This document shows positions 40,529 to 50,589 of a stretch of 64,000 nt of DNA, piece by piece. Made by a program: the position numbers and the translations under genes. This stretch comes from Candidatus Zixiibacteriota bacterium (GTDB lineage Bacteria; Zixibacteria; MSB-5A5; GN15; JAAZOE01), in assembly GCA_043819555.1 (NCBI GenBank), contig JBDREQ010000073.1, forward strand, positions 128,001 to 192,000, given 5' to 3'. Below the pieces are notes generated by a model, which was not told the DNA's origin, did no database searches, and was given only the letters and a program-made list of their open reading frames with translations. How positions within the stretch are numbered: position 1 is the first letter of the stretch; each line of letters begins with the position of its first letter.

Positions 40529-42196
40529 ATGAAAACCGTACTTTTATCAATTTTTCTGAGCATTTGCTTCAATATGGTTTTTGCGGCAAAATGGATCAGC
40601 TTTAATGAAATAGACGCCGCTTATGAAAATGGTCAGCTTTCACAAAGCGAAATGCTCTATGAAAAAGGCGTTTTCCTGTTCAATCCTATTGATATTTCCA
40701 GTAAAGCAGTTTCACTGAGCCCGGATAATTATCTGAAATCCGCGACGGGTCTAATTGGCGAAATTAAAAATAATTGGGATAAATTTAGCTCCGATCAAAA
40801 GGCATCATTATCGACCATGCTGGCCCGCCCCGGGAAGCAATGCACATACGATTCACCAATGGGTTATTTCAGGATTCTATATGATACGAGCGGGGGAGAG
40901 GCAACGGTTTCGGATGATCTGGATGCCAATGAAATCCCGGATTATGTAGAAAGAATCGGTGTCTATTCCGATAGCTCATACGCCGCATATGTAAACAATT
41001 CGGGATATTATTCGGCGCCAGTGGAAGCCGGTTATGATAAATACGAGATATTTTTAGTATCCATGATGTCGTATGGCGCGACTGTGTACGAGCATCCTGC
41101 AGACTCGCCTTGGAATGATTATACTTCATACATAATGATTAACCGTAATATGGCAAATTTGCCTCCCAATGACGATCCGGAAGGCAATGTTATTGGGGCG
41201 CAGAAGGTCACATGCGCTCATGAGTATTTCCATGCCGTTCAATTTGGATATGCCAATGACTTACAAAATAATCTATGGTGGATGGAAGCCGGCGCCACGT
41301 TTATGGAAGAATATCTTTTCCCGGAAGTAAATGATAACCATGCCTATTTGCCTTTTTTCTTTAATGTCCCCGAGGAAAGCCTGAATTCCAGCGATTACTG
41401 GCATATGTATGGCACTTTTGTCTGGCCCATGTTTCTTAAAGAAAAAATAAATTCTTCAGTTATCAAGTATATCTGGATGGCTTTGAGAAATAACCCCCTC
41501 TTAAATGCATTCGATTCTGCATTAATTGGCACAGGAAAGACGGTAAAAACAATTCTTCCCGAATTTGTCATTTGGAATTATTTTACCGGCAGCAGATCTG
41601 TTGAAGGCCATTATTATCCTGAAGCGATTGATTATCCCGAGGTGCCAATTGATAGATATCTATCGCCATTGGCACATGATTCCATATTGCCCATTCAACA
41701 GCCATTCGGATTGGCAAGCAGTTATGTTGAATACATCGTAGGACCGGATGATAGAGGCATCTTTGAGGCCATTTTGGAAGGAAGACCGGTGGTTCGATGG
41801 GGGATCGGGAGCATTTTTTTCACCGAGGATGATTATGAAACTTCTAATTACACGGCCAGTGTCGATGAACCTCTATATATATACAAACCGCATATTGAAG
41901 ATTTTGATAAAGTAGTTATCATTCCGACAACGGTTACATCACTATCTTCCGGCAATTATTATTTTTTGACGACCAAAGTACATCCGTATGGTGATGCGAA
42001 CAATGACGGACAAATGAATGTCGGTGATGCCATTTACATAATAAACCTCGCATTCAAAAACGGACCTCCGCCTATGCCGATTATGGAATGCGGCGATGCC
42101 AATTGCGATGGCCAGGTGAATGTCGGTGATGCGGTGAGAATAATAAGTGTCGTTTTCAAAGGAGGCGAAGAGCCTTGCTCCGAAAGAATACCATAA
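40529..42196 (+). CDS. Secreted HExxH metalloprotease (MXAN_6640-like) with dockerin-like tail
   Basis: Signal peptide; N.IPDYVE; VTCAHEYFHAVQ; WWMEA.A..ME; two GDAN.DG..NVGDA repeats. Confidence 0.82.
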   Translation: MKTVLLSIFLSICFNMVFAAKWISFNEIDAAYENGQLSQSEMLYEKGVFLFNPIDISSKAVSLSPDNYLKSATGLIGEIKNNWDKFSSDQKASLSTMLARPGKQCTYDSPMGYFRILYDTSGGEATVSDDLDANEIPDYVERIGVYSDSSYAAYVNNSGYYSAPVEAGYDKYEIFLVSMMSYGATVYEHPADSPWNDYTSYIMINRNMANLPPNDDPEGNVIGAQKVTCAHEYFHAVQFGYANDLQNNLWWMEAGATFMEEYLFPEVNDNHAYLPFFFNVPEESLNSSDYWHMYGTFVWPMFLKEKINSSVIKYIWMALRNNPLLNAFDSALIGTGKTVKTILPEFVIWNYFTGSRSVEGHYYPEAIDYPEVPIDRYLSPLAHDSILPIQQPFGLASSYVEYIVGPDDRGIFEAILEGRPVVRWGIGSIFFTEDDYETSNYTASVDEPLYIYKPHIEDFDKVVIIPTTVTSLSSGNYYFLTTKVHPYGDANNDGQMNVGDAIYIINLAFKNGPPPMPIMECGDANCDGQVNVGDAVRIISVVFKGGEEPCSERIP

Positions 42197-42365
42197 GGCC
42201 CTGAGTGGCTTTTGTACTGGGCACACTTTTTGATGAATGAAATAACTACTGTTTTATGTTGACAAGTATATTTGACGTTAGGTATATAACTTCAACCAGG
42301 AGCAAATTGGAATTATTGCAGGATAATTAACAGGGATGTAACTATTTCGATCCGAGAGGGGGATC

Positions 42366-42581
42366 ATGAGTCCAGGCTTTGAAATGAAAATCCTGATATG
42401 CGGTGAATGCAGTGAAGAGTTTGTATTCACTATTGCCGCACAGGAGTATTTTGCAGAGAAGGGATATACAGAAGATCCGAAGCTTTGCAAATCGTGTTAT
42501 ATGCAATTAAAACGGGAGAAAAAGGGTCAGGGAAGAAGCATCGAAGCTGATTTCGACTGTTCTATTGTCAAGGATGAATAG
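42366..42581 (+). CDS. Small zinc-ribbon protein (zf-trcl-like)
   Basis: L.CGEC..EFVFT...QEYF.EKG....PK.CKSC; GAGGGGG SD. Confidence 0.85.
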   Translation: MSPGFEMKILICGECSEEFVFTIAAQEYFAEKGYTEDPKLCKSCYMQLKREKKGQGRSIEADFDCSIVKDE

Positions 42582-42672
42582 CGCATTGGCCTCACCGTTA
42601 GCATCTCAAATTTCTTCAGGGGACTACTCTTCAATTTCCGATTTATCCATATCTTCGGATACATAAAACAAG

Positions 42673-44373
42673 TCACTTTGTAAAAATCATTTTTCGAACT
42701 TCATGAGTATGGCCGGTTATGAATTCATAGAAGTATACACCGCTTGGTAAAATTTCGCCTGAATTGTCAGTGCCATTCCATTGAAAACTATATGTTCCGG
42801 CGGTCATTATCCCTTCATCATATTCTGACACTATTCTCCCCAATACATTATAAATCTTGATTTCAACATTTCCCGTATTGATTAATGTAAATCTTATCGT
42901 TGTGGCGGGATTAAAGGGATTAGGATAATTCTGTTCAATGATTATATCAGGCAAGGATAGACCTGAATTGTCACTTTCAGGATATTGTTCATTACCGGAA
43001 GCCAGCGATACGGAGAAATCGGCCGACATAGTCTCGCCGCTGGCTGAAATATTGGTTACTGATACAAGAGTATTGTCACTGGCATAGCTATTAGAACCCG
43101 GGCTTGTCCACGGTGCAAATTCGTGAATGTTATTTGTGCCTGGAAATTGATCGCCACCGTCGCCGGCCGAAATAAGTTTTTCCAATTGATATAAGTTATC
43201 GGCCTGTTCAAGGGCGACCAGATAATTTCCAAATGTGTTATGGCCGGGAAACCATTCATAATTATTGTGAGCCAATCCTTCATCAATATGCCAGATACAT
43301 AAACCCGAACCGGGCAAAGCGGCATCATAGCCGACCCGCTGTCGATTCTCTATCAGGAAATATTCTTCTCCAATGACTCCGTTTGTCCAAAGCCGATAAG
43401 CCACCGAATTATTTTCCACCTCGGGGATGATGGCGCCTGATTGACTTGATACAATATTGGTCGGCATTAACCATCCCAATTGAATCCTGCTCCATGCATC
43501 AGGATGAGAGGGGCTACTGCCAAGATAGCCGTTCCAGCACCCAATGGACATCAAAGAATATTTTCCAGTTCCATATGAACCGTTATCCATATCGTACAAA
43601 TCGGGCAAGCCAAAGGTGTGGGCCAGTTCATGACAAAAAACGCCTATGGTTAAATCATTTGGCAAATTCCAGTATTCCGGCATAACGGCATAGTCACTGA
43701 TATAAACTCCATCTCTGTTGCGCGGATTGATGGCCCATTTATGCGACCAAATATCGGCGGTATTTCCCGAAAACTCCGCTCCCGGTCCGGAATGAACAAT
43801 CATAATTACATCAACATACCCATCCCCATCATTGTCATATTGAGAAAAGTCTATTTCAGCATCAGCCAAATCAACTAAATCTTCACATAATTTTTGCGAA
43901 TTATTGGGGTAAGCCGAATTAATTCCATAATTGCCATTCACATAATATGAGTAGTTTTGGGGAGCCCTGTTCCACCCGGTGGTTGATGGCAGATTTACCG
44001 TTACAATATCTATCTGATCATATGAGATTTCGCCATAATAATTTCTTACTGTCCCAAACTGGTTATCGAAGATCAATGTATCCAGAAATGAAGGTTGAAT
44101 TTGGGCATTATTATCCGAAAAATCAACCAGCAAACACAGAGCTTTGAACGAACCGGAATTTAGCGATGCTATTTTTTTGTTAGTAAGGCTGTATTTTCCG
44201 GGGGGCTTACCGGATTTGATTGATCTATTGCATTCAGGGTATATTATTTCTTTTGAAGATATTTTATCTTTCAGTCTTGGATGGGGAGGCATGGCCGGAG
44301 ATAATCCGGCCACACCAAAAATCAATATAATTATCGCCGCTAAGAATCTTTTAACAAAAAACAATTCCGGCAT
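42673..44373 (-). CDS. M6 (InhA-like) metalloprotease with FlgD/T9SS-type C-terminal domain
   Basis: YDNDGDGYVD, IWSH, CHELAHTFGLPDLYD, SLMS.G, EYFLIENRQ; QNYPNPFNPATTI..LPSGVYFY. Confidence 0.92.
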   Translation of the reverse strand: MPELFFVKRFLAAIIILIFGVAGLSPAMPPHPRLKDKISSKEIIYPECNRSIKSGKPPGKYSLTNKKIASLNSGSFKALCLLVDFSDNNAQIQPSFLDTLIFDNQFGTVRNYYGEISYDQIDIVTVNLPSTTGWNRAPQNYSYYVNGNYGINSAYPNNSQKLCEDLVDLADAEIDFSQYDNDGDGYVDVIMIVHSGPGAEFSGNTADIWSHKWAINPRNRDGVYISDYAVMPEYWNLPNDLTIGVFCHELAHTFGLPDLYDMDNGSYGTGKYSLMSIGCWNGYLGSSPSHPDAWSRIQLGWLMPTNIVSSQSGAIIPEVENNSVAYRLWTNGVIGEEYFLIENRQRVGYDAALPGSGLCIWHIDEGLAHNNYEWFPGHNTFGNYLVALEQADNLYQLEKLISAGDGGDQFPGTNNIHEFAPWTSPGSNSYASDNTLVSVTNISASGETMSADFSVSLASGNEQYPESDNSGLSLPDIIIEQNYPNPFNPATTIRFTLINTGNVEIKIYNVLGRIVSEYDEGIMTAGTYSFQWNGTDNSGEILPSGVYFYEFITGHTHEVRKMIFTK

Positions 44374-44382
44374 GATTAATCC

Positions 44383-45636
44383 TTAGATTCTGAAACCCAG
44401 GTTGAGCGCGAAGTTCAATCCTTTGCCTGATGATCCGCTAATGGCGTTGTAGTTGGCCGCCGCCAAATCGATAAACATGAAAGAGGCGTTTATCCCCAGC
44501 CCGCCCGCATAAGTAACGCCCCTTTTGCCGCCAACTCCGAAACCGGCTCGCAAAGGTAAAAAGCTCAGAATGTGATATTCAGCCCCCGCGGATATCCTTG
44601 GCTTGGAACTGCTGCCGGCGCACTTTTTAAAACCCTGCTCCCAATCAACCGCCCATAGAAGCGTGCCGGTTGTTTTGGCAAATCCAAACCTGATTTTTGC
44701 CGGCAGTTTTGTTGAAAAATTCGATATGTCTATGGTAGTGTCGGAGGAAGTGATAATATCATCGTGGCTCATGTTGGCAACAGTCAGAGTATCAAATTCG
44801 AATGAATAGCGATGTTCTTCAGTATCCTTGTTCCAGCCAATATGGCTTAGAAAATTATAAACTGTCGCTCCGACTGTATAGTTTTTATTCAATTTCAATG
44901 AACCGCCCAGATCAATGGCGTATCCATTTCCGCCCAGTGCAGTTCGTGCTGCCATGCTGCCGGATCCTTCAAATCCGGTTGCCAATGTCACAGCTTCACC
45001 ATTGAGGTGTGTAATCTCTTCGTAACCGAAACCCTTAACATATTTGACCGTTAAACCTGCAGCCATTTGACGATCACCATTACTGTAGAAGCGCCGTCCG
45101 TAAGAAAAATTGGCGGAGGCAATGCCAAAACCTTCCCCATAGGTTCCATCAAGAGTTAGTGTGTCATTCATGGTGTTGCCATTTAGAAGAAGTTCCGCCA
45201 CGGCATGGCTGATATTAATCTCCGCGGCGCCATATCCCGAGAAAGAAACCGCAATGTTGCCAAAACCAAAAGATAATACACTGGCTTCGACGTCGGCGGA
45301 TAACTTCAATCCCTCAGCCGGGATTTTTGCCAATAAAATTGACTTATCGTTTTCGCTCAAAGTAGCGCCGGTATAATTATTATAATCATCCAAAGAAAAA
45401 CTATTGTTCGATATTGCGGCTCCTATGCCCACAAGCTGAAAACCGTTATTTGTTTTGCCTTCTATCCCAAGATTGGCGGGATTGAAATTCGGGCAGTCAA
45501 ACCCACGGGCGAGGGATGAGTAGGCTCCCGCCATACCAATCGCGCGGGCATTAGATAACCCCGAACCATGAATTGAATTAAAAGTAAAAGCAAGAATTCC
45601 CAGAAAACAGATGGCATAGGCAAAGACCTTTTTCAT
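44383..45636 (-). CDS. Outer-membrane beta-barrel (DUF5723 / PorV-FadL-like)
   Basis: Signal peptide; ARAIGMAGAY..NPANL plug motif; G.G...DLG; LP...RFG; GAEY..LPLRAG; ATG 45636 with AGGGG SD. Confidence 0.75.
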   Translation of the reverse strand: MKKVFAYAICFLGILAFTFNSIHGSGLSNARAIGMAGAYSSLARGFDCPNFNPANLGIEGKTNNGFQLVGIGAAISNNSFSLDDYNNYTGATLSENDKSILLAKIPAEGLKLSADVEASVLSFGFGNIAVSFSGYGAAEINISHAVAELLLNGNTMNDTLTLDGTYGEGFGIASANFSYGRRFYSNGDRQMAAGLTVKYVKGFGYEEITHLNGEAVTLATGFEGSGSMAARTALGGNGYAIDLGGSLKLNKNYTVGATVYNFLSHIGWNKDTEEHRYSFEFDTLTVANMSHDDIITSSDTTIDISNFSTKLPAKIRFGFAKTTGTLLWAVDWEQGFKKCAGSSSKPRISAGAEYHILSFLPLRAGFGVGGKRGVTYAGGLGINASFMFIDLAAANYNAISGSSGKGLNFALNLGFRI

Positions 45637-45680
45637 TTTAGTCCCCTGATTCATTTTTAAAGATAAATTACCGGTCATGA

Positions 45681-47708
45681 TTAATTCTCCCATAGATCTT
45701 CGCTAAAGTTGAAATCAATCTCAATATACCCGGTAATTTTAAAGTAATCCGCGGCAGTCATTTTCACCGTTGTTCCATTGGTGCCATGGAGAGTTATCGA
45801 CTCACCGATCCATAAAGAGTCAAAGTTGAGAATTTGAACTGCGACTGAATCCAAAGTCACTATATTTTCAGAAATTATGGCTGAGGAGACAGTGCCGTCA
45901 GGATTTAGATTTCCCGCCACAACATCTATCGGACCAATTGCAGCAACCGGATTAGTATATAATGTAGCCGAATCACCGCTTATAAGTATCTCTACCGATA
46001 AACCGACCGGTAAATGATTTTCAAAAGTAGTGTAGAAATTGGCAACTTTCAGGCTATTAACTACTCCACTGTCTATATCGATATCCGCATTTTCCCATTC
46101 ACCGTCAAAAACCGAAGAATCAATAATCATTTCAAGAGGAGAAGATAGAATTACCCGGGCTACAATGTAATCATTGGGATTGATTGCTCCCCATGTAGCT
46201 CCATCTCCAAAAGTCGTGCTTCCGGTAACCGAAAACACTTCCGGAAATGGATTCATAAATGAAGACAGATTGCTATCTGCGATAATCGTCAAAACCGGAT
46301 TAGCCTGTGTCCCCGGGGCGATATTTCCGGTCAGAGTCTTATGTTGCCCTTGTTCGCCATCAAGATTAATGCTAAAGCTACCCGGAATATTGACCGCGTT
46401 TTCTATTTCAAGGACAATATTTATCGCCGGCAACTGCATCTGATCAAATCCAGCAGGTAATTCGATTTCCTGTTCGATTGCGTCAAAATCTGTCGATGTT
46501 GCGGCAAGAATTCCTTGAACACCTGCTATATTGAATCCCTGAAGCGATGCCGATACGTTAATATCGTCAGAAGCGTTTACCGCTACCATCTGTGTCCCCG
46601 ATGATGCAATATCAGCGCTGACATCAACGATCAGTCCCTGCGGCATAATTTGATCAAGAGGCTCAATAGTATAACCGCCAAGGCTATAAATTACGCTATC
46701 CCGTTGTTGAGCCAAAATTGGCTGACTTACCTGAAATGGTATGCTGCCGTTTTTTATATCGGGCAGGGAAATGGTTAATGTTGCAGGAATGTTGGTGTTG
46801 TTAATGATTTCCAGAACCAGGTCTCCTGATTCCAGCAAAGCGGTTTCTAGCTGGTGCTCAGAATCTATTTCCACACTCTTGCTGAAAGATTTTGATATCT
46901 GCGGAATCTGTGCTATCGCCGATGAGACATCTAGACCTTCAGGCATTCCTACTGACGAAGAAAGTGATTTTCCTGATAAAGAGAACGATACTTGCTGCTG
47001 GGCATGGCAATGAATCTGAGCGCTTAACTGGTCAGAGATAGTTCGTCCGGCAAGATCGATACTATCTACCGACGATGTCCCTGCCGGGATTCCGCCGGGA
47101 ATAGAATAAGATGTTACTTGTGAAAAATAGACATCATCGTATATGGTAACAATTACAGTATCAAGATTCAGGCCAAAATTATTATCAATCGTTATAACCG
47201 CAAAACCTGATTCAACTGTGGCGCTGGTGAAATCTCCCAAAGGCGGCATGGTATTATTAATATCAAAAGAAGTATCCGGAAATGTCCCGGCCGGTAATCC
47301 GGGGAATTGATCCGTTAAATTAATATCGAAACTAACGGCCGCAATCGGATCAAGAGTAATAATTCCCAATGATTCTGCAACGGTTTCGGAAATATCGGCA
47401 ATTGAAAATGAGCCGTCAATGATAACAGTATCAAGAACCTTTTCATATAAAAACAACGGATTACCATTTTCATCCACCGTCAGATTATCCTGGTCGATTT
47501 TCTCGATAATTTCGGACATTATCCAGGTTTTGTTGGCTAATGGAACTACCAGATTTGTGCGCCAACTTGGCGCTTCCGGCTTTTTAATTGTGCATTGAAT
47601 TAGTGTCAAAAATGCTATTATGACAACAATGGCGCAAATCAGATGGCTAATCCAGTATACCATCCTTCTTGACAATCTTGCTTTTTCGCATCTTCTTCTC
47701 GAAACCAT
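45681..47708 (-). CDS. Large acidic beta-rich putative lipoprotein
   Basis: Hydrophobic leader ending LIQC; PSW...LVVPL motif; GGGGGAG SD. Confidence 0.7.
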   Translation of the reverse strand: MVSRRRCEKARLSRRMVYWISHLICAIVVIIAFLTLIQCTIKKPEAPSWRTNLVVPLANKTWIMSEIIEKIDQDNLTVDENGNPLFLYEKVLDTVIIDGSFSIADISETVAESLGIITLDPIAAVSFDINLTDQFPGLPAGTFPDTSFDINNTMPPLGDFTSATVESGFAVITIDNNFGLNLDTVIVTIYDDVYFSQVTSYSIPGGIPAGTSSVDSIDLAGRTISDQLSAQIHCHAQQQVSFSLSGKSLSSSVGMPEGLDVSSAIAQIPQISKSFSKSVEIDSEHQLETALLESGDLVLEIINNTNIPATLTISLPDIKNGSIPFQVSQPILAQQRDSVIYSLGGYTIEPLDQIMPQGLIVDVSADIASSGTQMVAVNASDDINVSASLQGFNIAGVQGILAATSTDFDAIEQEIELPAGFDQMQLPAINIVLEIENAVNIPGSFSINLDGEQGQHKTLTGNIAPGTQANPVLTIIADSNLSSFMNPFPEVFSVTGSTTFGDGATWGAINPNDYIVARVILSSPLEMIIDSSVFDGEWENADIDIDSGVVNSLKVANFYTTFENHLPVGLSVEILISGDSATLYTNPVAAIGPIDVVAGNLNPDGTVSSAIISENIVTLDSVAVQILNFDSLWIGESITLHGTNGTTVKMTAADYFKITGYIEIDFNFSEDLWEN

Positions 47709-47749
47709 CAGTTCTCCCCCTAAAAAGGTTGTTTAACTGATGGCTTTTT

Positions 47750-47765
47750 TGCAAACCCTGTGCCG
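47750..47765 (-). promoter_or_regulatory. sigma54 promoter of the lipoprotein-barrel-M6 operon
   Basis: Minus strand CGGCAC-AGGGT-TTGCA. Confidence 0.65.
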
Positions 47766-47902
47766 GACTGTTTTAATAAGCTATCTTTATGAATGTCAAT
47801 TAGATTGAGTTGAGTGATTGTTCATGAAATATCCCATTATATGGGATAACTCCCATATTTAATAGGGAAGGATGTCTTTTTATAGCGCACCGGGCAATAA
47901 AG

Positions 47903-47931
47903 TTGACAAATGTTATTTATTTATGTAATAT
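47903..47931 (+). promoter_or_regulatory. sigma70 promoter of the WYL gene (leaderless geometry)
   Basis: TTGACA-N17-TAATAT, then 6 nt to the ATG. Confidence 0.75.
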
Positions 47932-47937
47932 AAGAAT

Positions 47938-48912
47938 ATGAGCGTGCGTAAAAACCGATATGCTCGATTGCTTGGGATCTTGAATATGATTCAAAGCCGT
48001 GAGGCGGCCAGAGCCGAAGATATTGCTTCGGCATTCGGCATATCTATTCGGACTGTTTATCGAGATATTGAAACTTTATCCGATTCCGGCATCCCTGTTT
48101 TTTATCAGGATGGATTTAAGCTTAGCCGCCATGATATGCTTCCCCCAGTATCTTTATCGCGCCGCGAAAGGACTTTGCTCCGAATGGCAATTGAATCCAG
48201 TCCCCTGAATTCAATTGATAGCCAGAGTACCGAATTGGCTCGATTATGGGAAAAAATTGTCGGACAAGCTGAAGATAAAAACTCTTCCGATTTCATAGAA
48301 AATGGTGAACTAAGAATAGTGCCTTCGAATTCAATTGGACAGATGCTTTCATCGGATTTATTTAAGGACCTTGAAATAGCGGTCCATAATAACACTATTT
48401 GCCGGATCTCGTATATCAATAGCAGAGGCGGCGTTTCGAAAAGAAATATCCACCCCTATTCTATTGTATTCAGGGGCCGCGCTTTTTATCTGCTGGCGCA
48501 CTGCCAATTACATGACCAATTCAGGCTATTTAGAATGGAACGCATTAAATTACTTGAACTCACAGCCGACAAATTTATACCGGATGAATCATTTGACATT
48601 GATAGATATTTTGAATATAGCTGGGCCGTTTATGGTGGTGAGCCATACGATATCAAGATTAGATTTTCAAAAAATGTTGCCGAAATGATCCGGACCGGAC
48701 GCAGACATCATACAGAAAAAATAACCAATTTGAAAAATGGCGGTGTTGACTATATTATTCGCGCCAGCGGTTTAGAAGAAATAAGTCGGTGGCTTGTCGG
48801 TTTCGGCGCCGATGCAAAAGTTATTTATCCCAAAATATTATCCGATATGATTTGTAACCTTGCCCAAGGTGCTTGTGGCAATTACAAAAAAAAGAAAAAA
48901 AGAATTAATTAA
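47938..48912 (+). CDS. YafY/PafBC-like wHTH-WYL-WCX transcriptional regulator
   Basis: IA..FGISIRTVYRDIETL; R.IHPY.I.....FYL.AHC......RLFRMERI; WLVGFGADA.V. Confidence 0.93.
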   Translation: MSVRKNRYARLLGILNMIQSREAARAEDIASAFGISIRTVYRDIETLSDSGIPVFYQDGFKLSRHDMLPPVSLSRRERTLLRMAIESSPLNSIDSQSTELARLWEKIVGQAEDKNSSDFIENGELRIVPSNSIGQMLSSDLFKDLEIAVHNNTICRISYINSRGGVSKRNIHPYSIVFRGRAFYLLAHCQLHDQFRLFRMERIKLLELTADKFIPDESFDIDRYFEYSWAVYGGEPYDIKIRFSKNVAEMIRTGRRHHTEKITNLKNGGVDYIIRASGLEEISRWLVGFGADAKVIYPKILSDMICNLAQGACGNYKKKKKRIN

Positions 48913-49015
48913 AATAATTTCTGCAGAACGCCGACAGTATTTGATTTAATCTAAACATTTGTATATACTCAACCATAAATATGTAAATGGCCAAAATAAG
49001 ATGTGAGGAGATTCA

Positions 49016-50530
49016 ATGAACGCTCAGGAAATTTATAATGAACTGATTAAGGAAGTAAAGGATATTAGCCTGCTCGGTTCATGCTACGGCGTGCTCGAAT
49101 GGGATCATCAGGTCAATATGCCCCCCATGGGAGCCGAGATACGATCACAAATGACGAGCCTTTTAGCCGGAATGATGCATGAGAAATTTGTTTCGCCCAA
49201 GATCGGTGAAATGATATCTGCTGTTGAGGAATCAAACCTGGTCAAAAACCCTTTATCTGTCGAAGCGGTAAATATTCGCGAATTGCGACATATGTACGAT
49301 AAAGAAACCAAGCTTCCCAAGGAATTGGTAGAAGAGTTTGAAAAAACTACCGCTATGGCTTATAACGAATGGGCTGCCTCGCGTAAAACCAGTGATTTTA
49401 AAAAATTTGAACCATGGCTTAAAAAAATAGTCGATCTGACTAAAAGAAAGGCAGAAGCCTACGGTTATGAAGGAGAACCGTATAATGCCCTGCTGGATAA
49501 TTATGAACCGGGTGCGAAAGTTGATGATGTTGCCGATGTTTTTGAAAAATTGCGCGTCGATCTGGTAGAGTTGCTGGCTAAAATAAAAGATGCCTCCAAT
49601 AAACCCAAAGTATCGATTGTTGAACAACCGTATGATGTTGCGAAGCAAAGAATCTTTGGAGAAATGGTCGCCAACAGATTGGGGTACGATTTTAATCAGG
49701 GGAGGCTCGATATCGCGACTCATCCTTTTTCGACGGGTTTTGGCCCGGGCGATTCAAGAATCACAACCCGTTATAATCCTAATCGCATCAATGATGCGCT
49801 ATTCGGAACAATTCATGAAACCGGACACGCACTTTATGAGATGGGCATCGATAAGAAAAACCATTTCGGAACGCCAATGGGGGAATCGATTTCACTGGGA
49901 ATTCATGAGTCGCAATCACGGATGTGGGAGAATATGGTGGGGCGTTCAAAGTCGTTTTGGGGTTATTTTTACCCAATTGCCAAATCGATTTTCAGAGAAC
50001 CCTTAAATGGCGTCACTCTCGACGAGTTTTATAAAGCCATTAATAATGTCGCGCCTTCGTTTATTCGTGTTGAGGCCGACGAAGTAACTTATAATTTGCA
50101 TATCCTGTTGCGATTTGAAATGGAGCGGGCTCTATTAAATGATGATATTAAAATAGCGGACGCCGCCAAAGAATGGAATAAACGATTTGAAAAGTATTTT
50201 GGAATAAAAGTGGATAAGGACGCCAATGGCTGCCTACAGGACATTCATTGGTCTTCCGGGTATATAGGATATTTCCCAACTTATGCATTGGGGAATATTT
50301 ATGCGGCGCAATTTTTTGCCCAGGCCAAAAAGGATATTTCTGATCTCGAACAGCGTTTCGAGCGGGGAGATTTTCTGACTCTCCGGGAATGGTTGCGCGA
50401 AAATATCCATATTCATGGTAAGAAATATAGAGCTCAGGATTTATGCAAGAATCTAACGGGCGAAGGATTATCCCATAAACCACTCGTTAAATACTTGAAT
50501 AAAAAATTCGGTGAGATTTACGGATTATAA
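49016..50530 (+). CDS. M32 carboxypeptidase (Taq-like)
   Basis: HPF, RITTRY, HETGHALYE, HESQSR.WEN, IRVEADE, QDIHW, GYFPTY.LG. Confidence 0.96.
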   Translation: MNAQEIYNELIKEVKDISLLGSCYGVLEWDHQVNMPPMGAEIRSQMTSLLAGMMHEKFVSPKIGEMISAVEESNLVKNPLSVEAVNIRELRHMYDKETKLPKELVEEFEKTTAMAYNEWAASRKTSDFKKFEPWLKKIVDLTKRKAEAYGYEGEPYNALLDNYEPGAKVDDVADVFEKLRVDLVELLAKIKDASNKPKVSIVEQPYDVAKQRIFGEMVANRLGYDFNQGRLDIATHPFSTGFGPGDSRITTRYNPNRINDALFGTIHETGHALYEMGIDKKNHFGTPMGESISLGIHESQSRMWENMVGRSKSFWGYFYPIAKSIFREPLNGVTLDEFYKAINNVAPSFIRVEADEVTYNLHILLRFEMERALLNDDIKIADAAKEWNKRFEKYFGIKVDKDANGCLQDIHWSSGYIGYFPTYALGNIYAAQFFAQAKKDISDLEQRFERGDFLTLREWLRENIHIHGKKYRAQDLCKNLTGEGLSHKPLVKYLNKKFGEIYGL

Positions 50531-50548
50531 ATTTGGTCATTAATAAAT

Positions 50549-50577
50549 AAGCCCGGAGTCAATCCGGGCTTTTTTTT
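50549..50577 (+). terminator. Intrinsic (probably bidirectional) terminator
   Basis: AAGCCCGGA..TCCGGGCTT followed by a T run. Confidence 0.85.
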
Positions 50578-50589
50578 ATGCTTCTTTGT

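Noticed and set aside
41990..42135. Repeated GAATGTCGGTGATGC as a DNA repeat or DGR target
   Set aside because: It is explained by the duplicated dockerin motif at protein level, and no reverse transcriptase or template repeat is present.
42220..42233. GGCAC-N5-TTGA as a sigma54 promoter for the zinc-ribbon gene
   Set aside because: The -12 C is missing and a TTGACA element lies closer to the gene.
47938..48912. WYL gene as a marker of a CRISPR or anti-phage island
   Set aside because: Its neighbours are peptidases and envelope proteins. I saw no nuclease, helicase, cas gene or repeat array.
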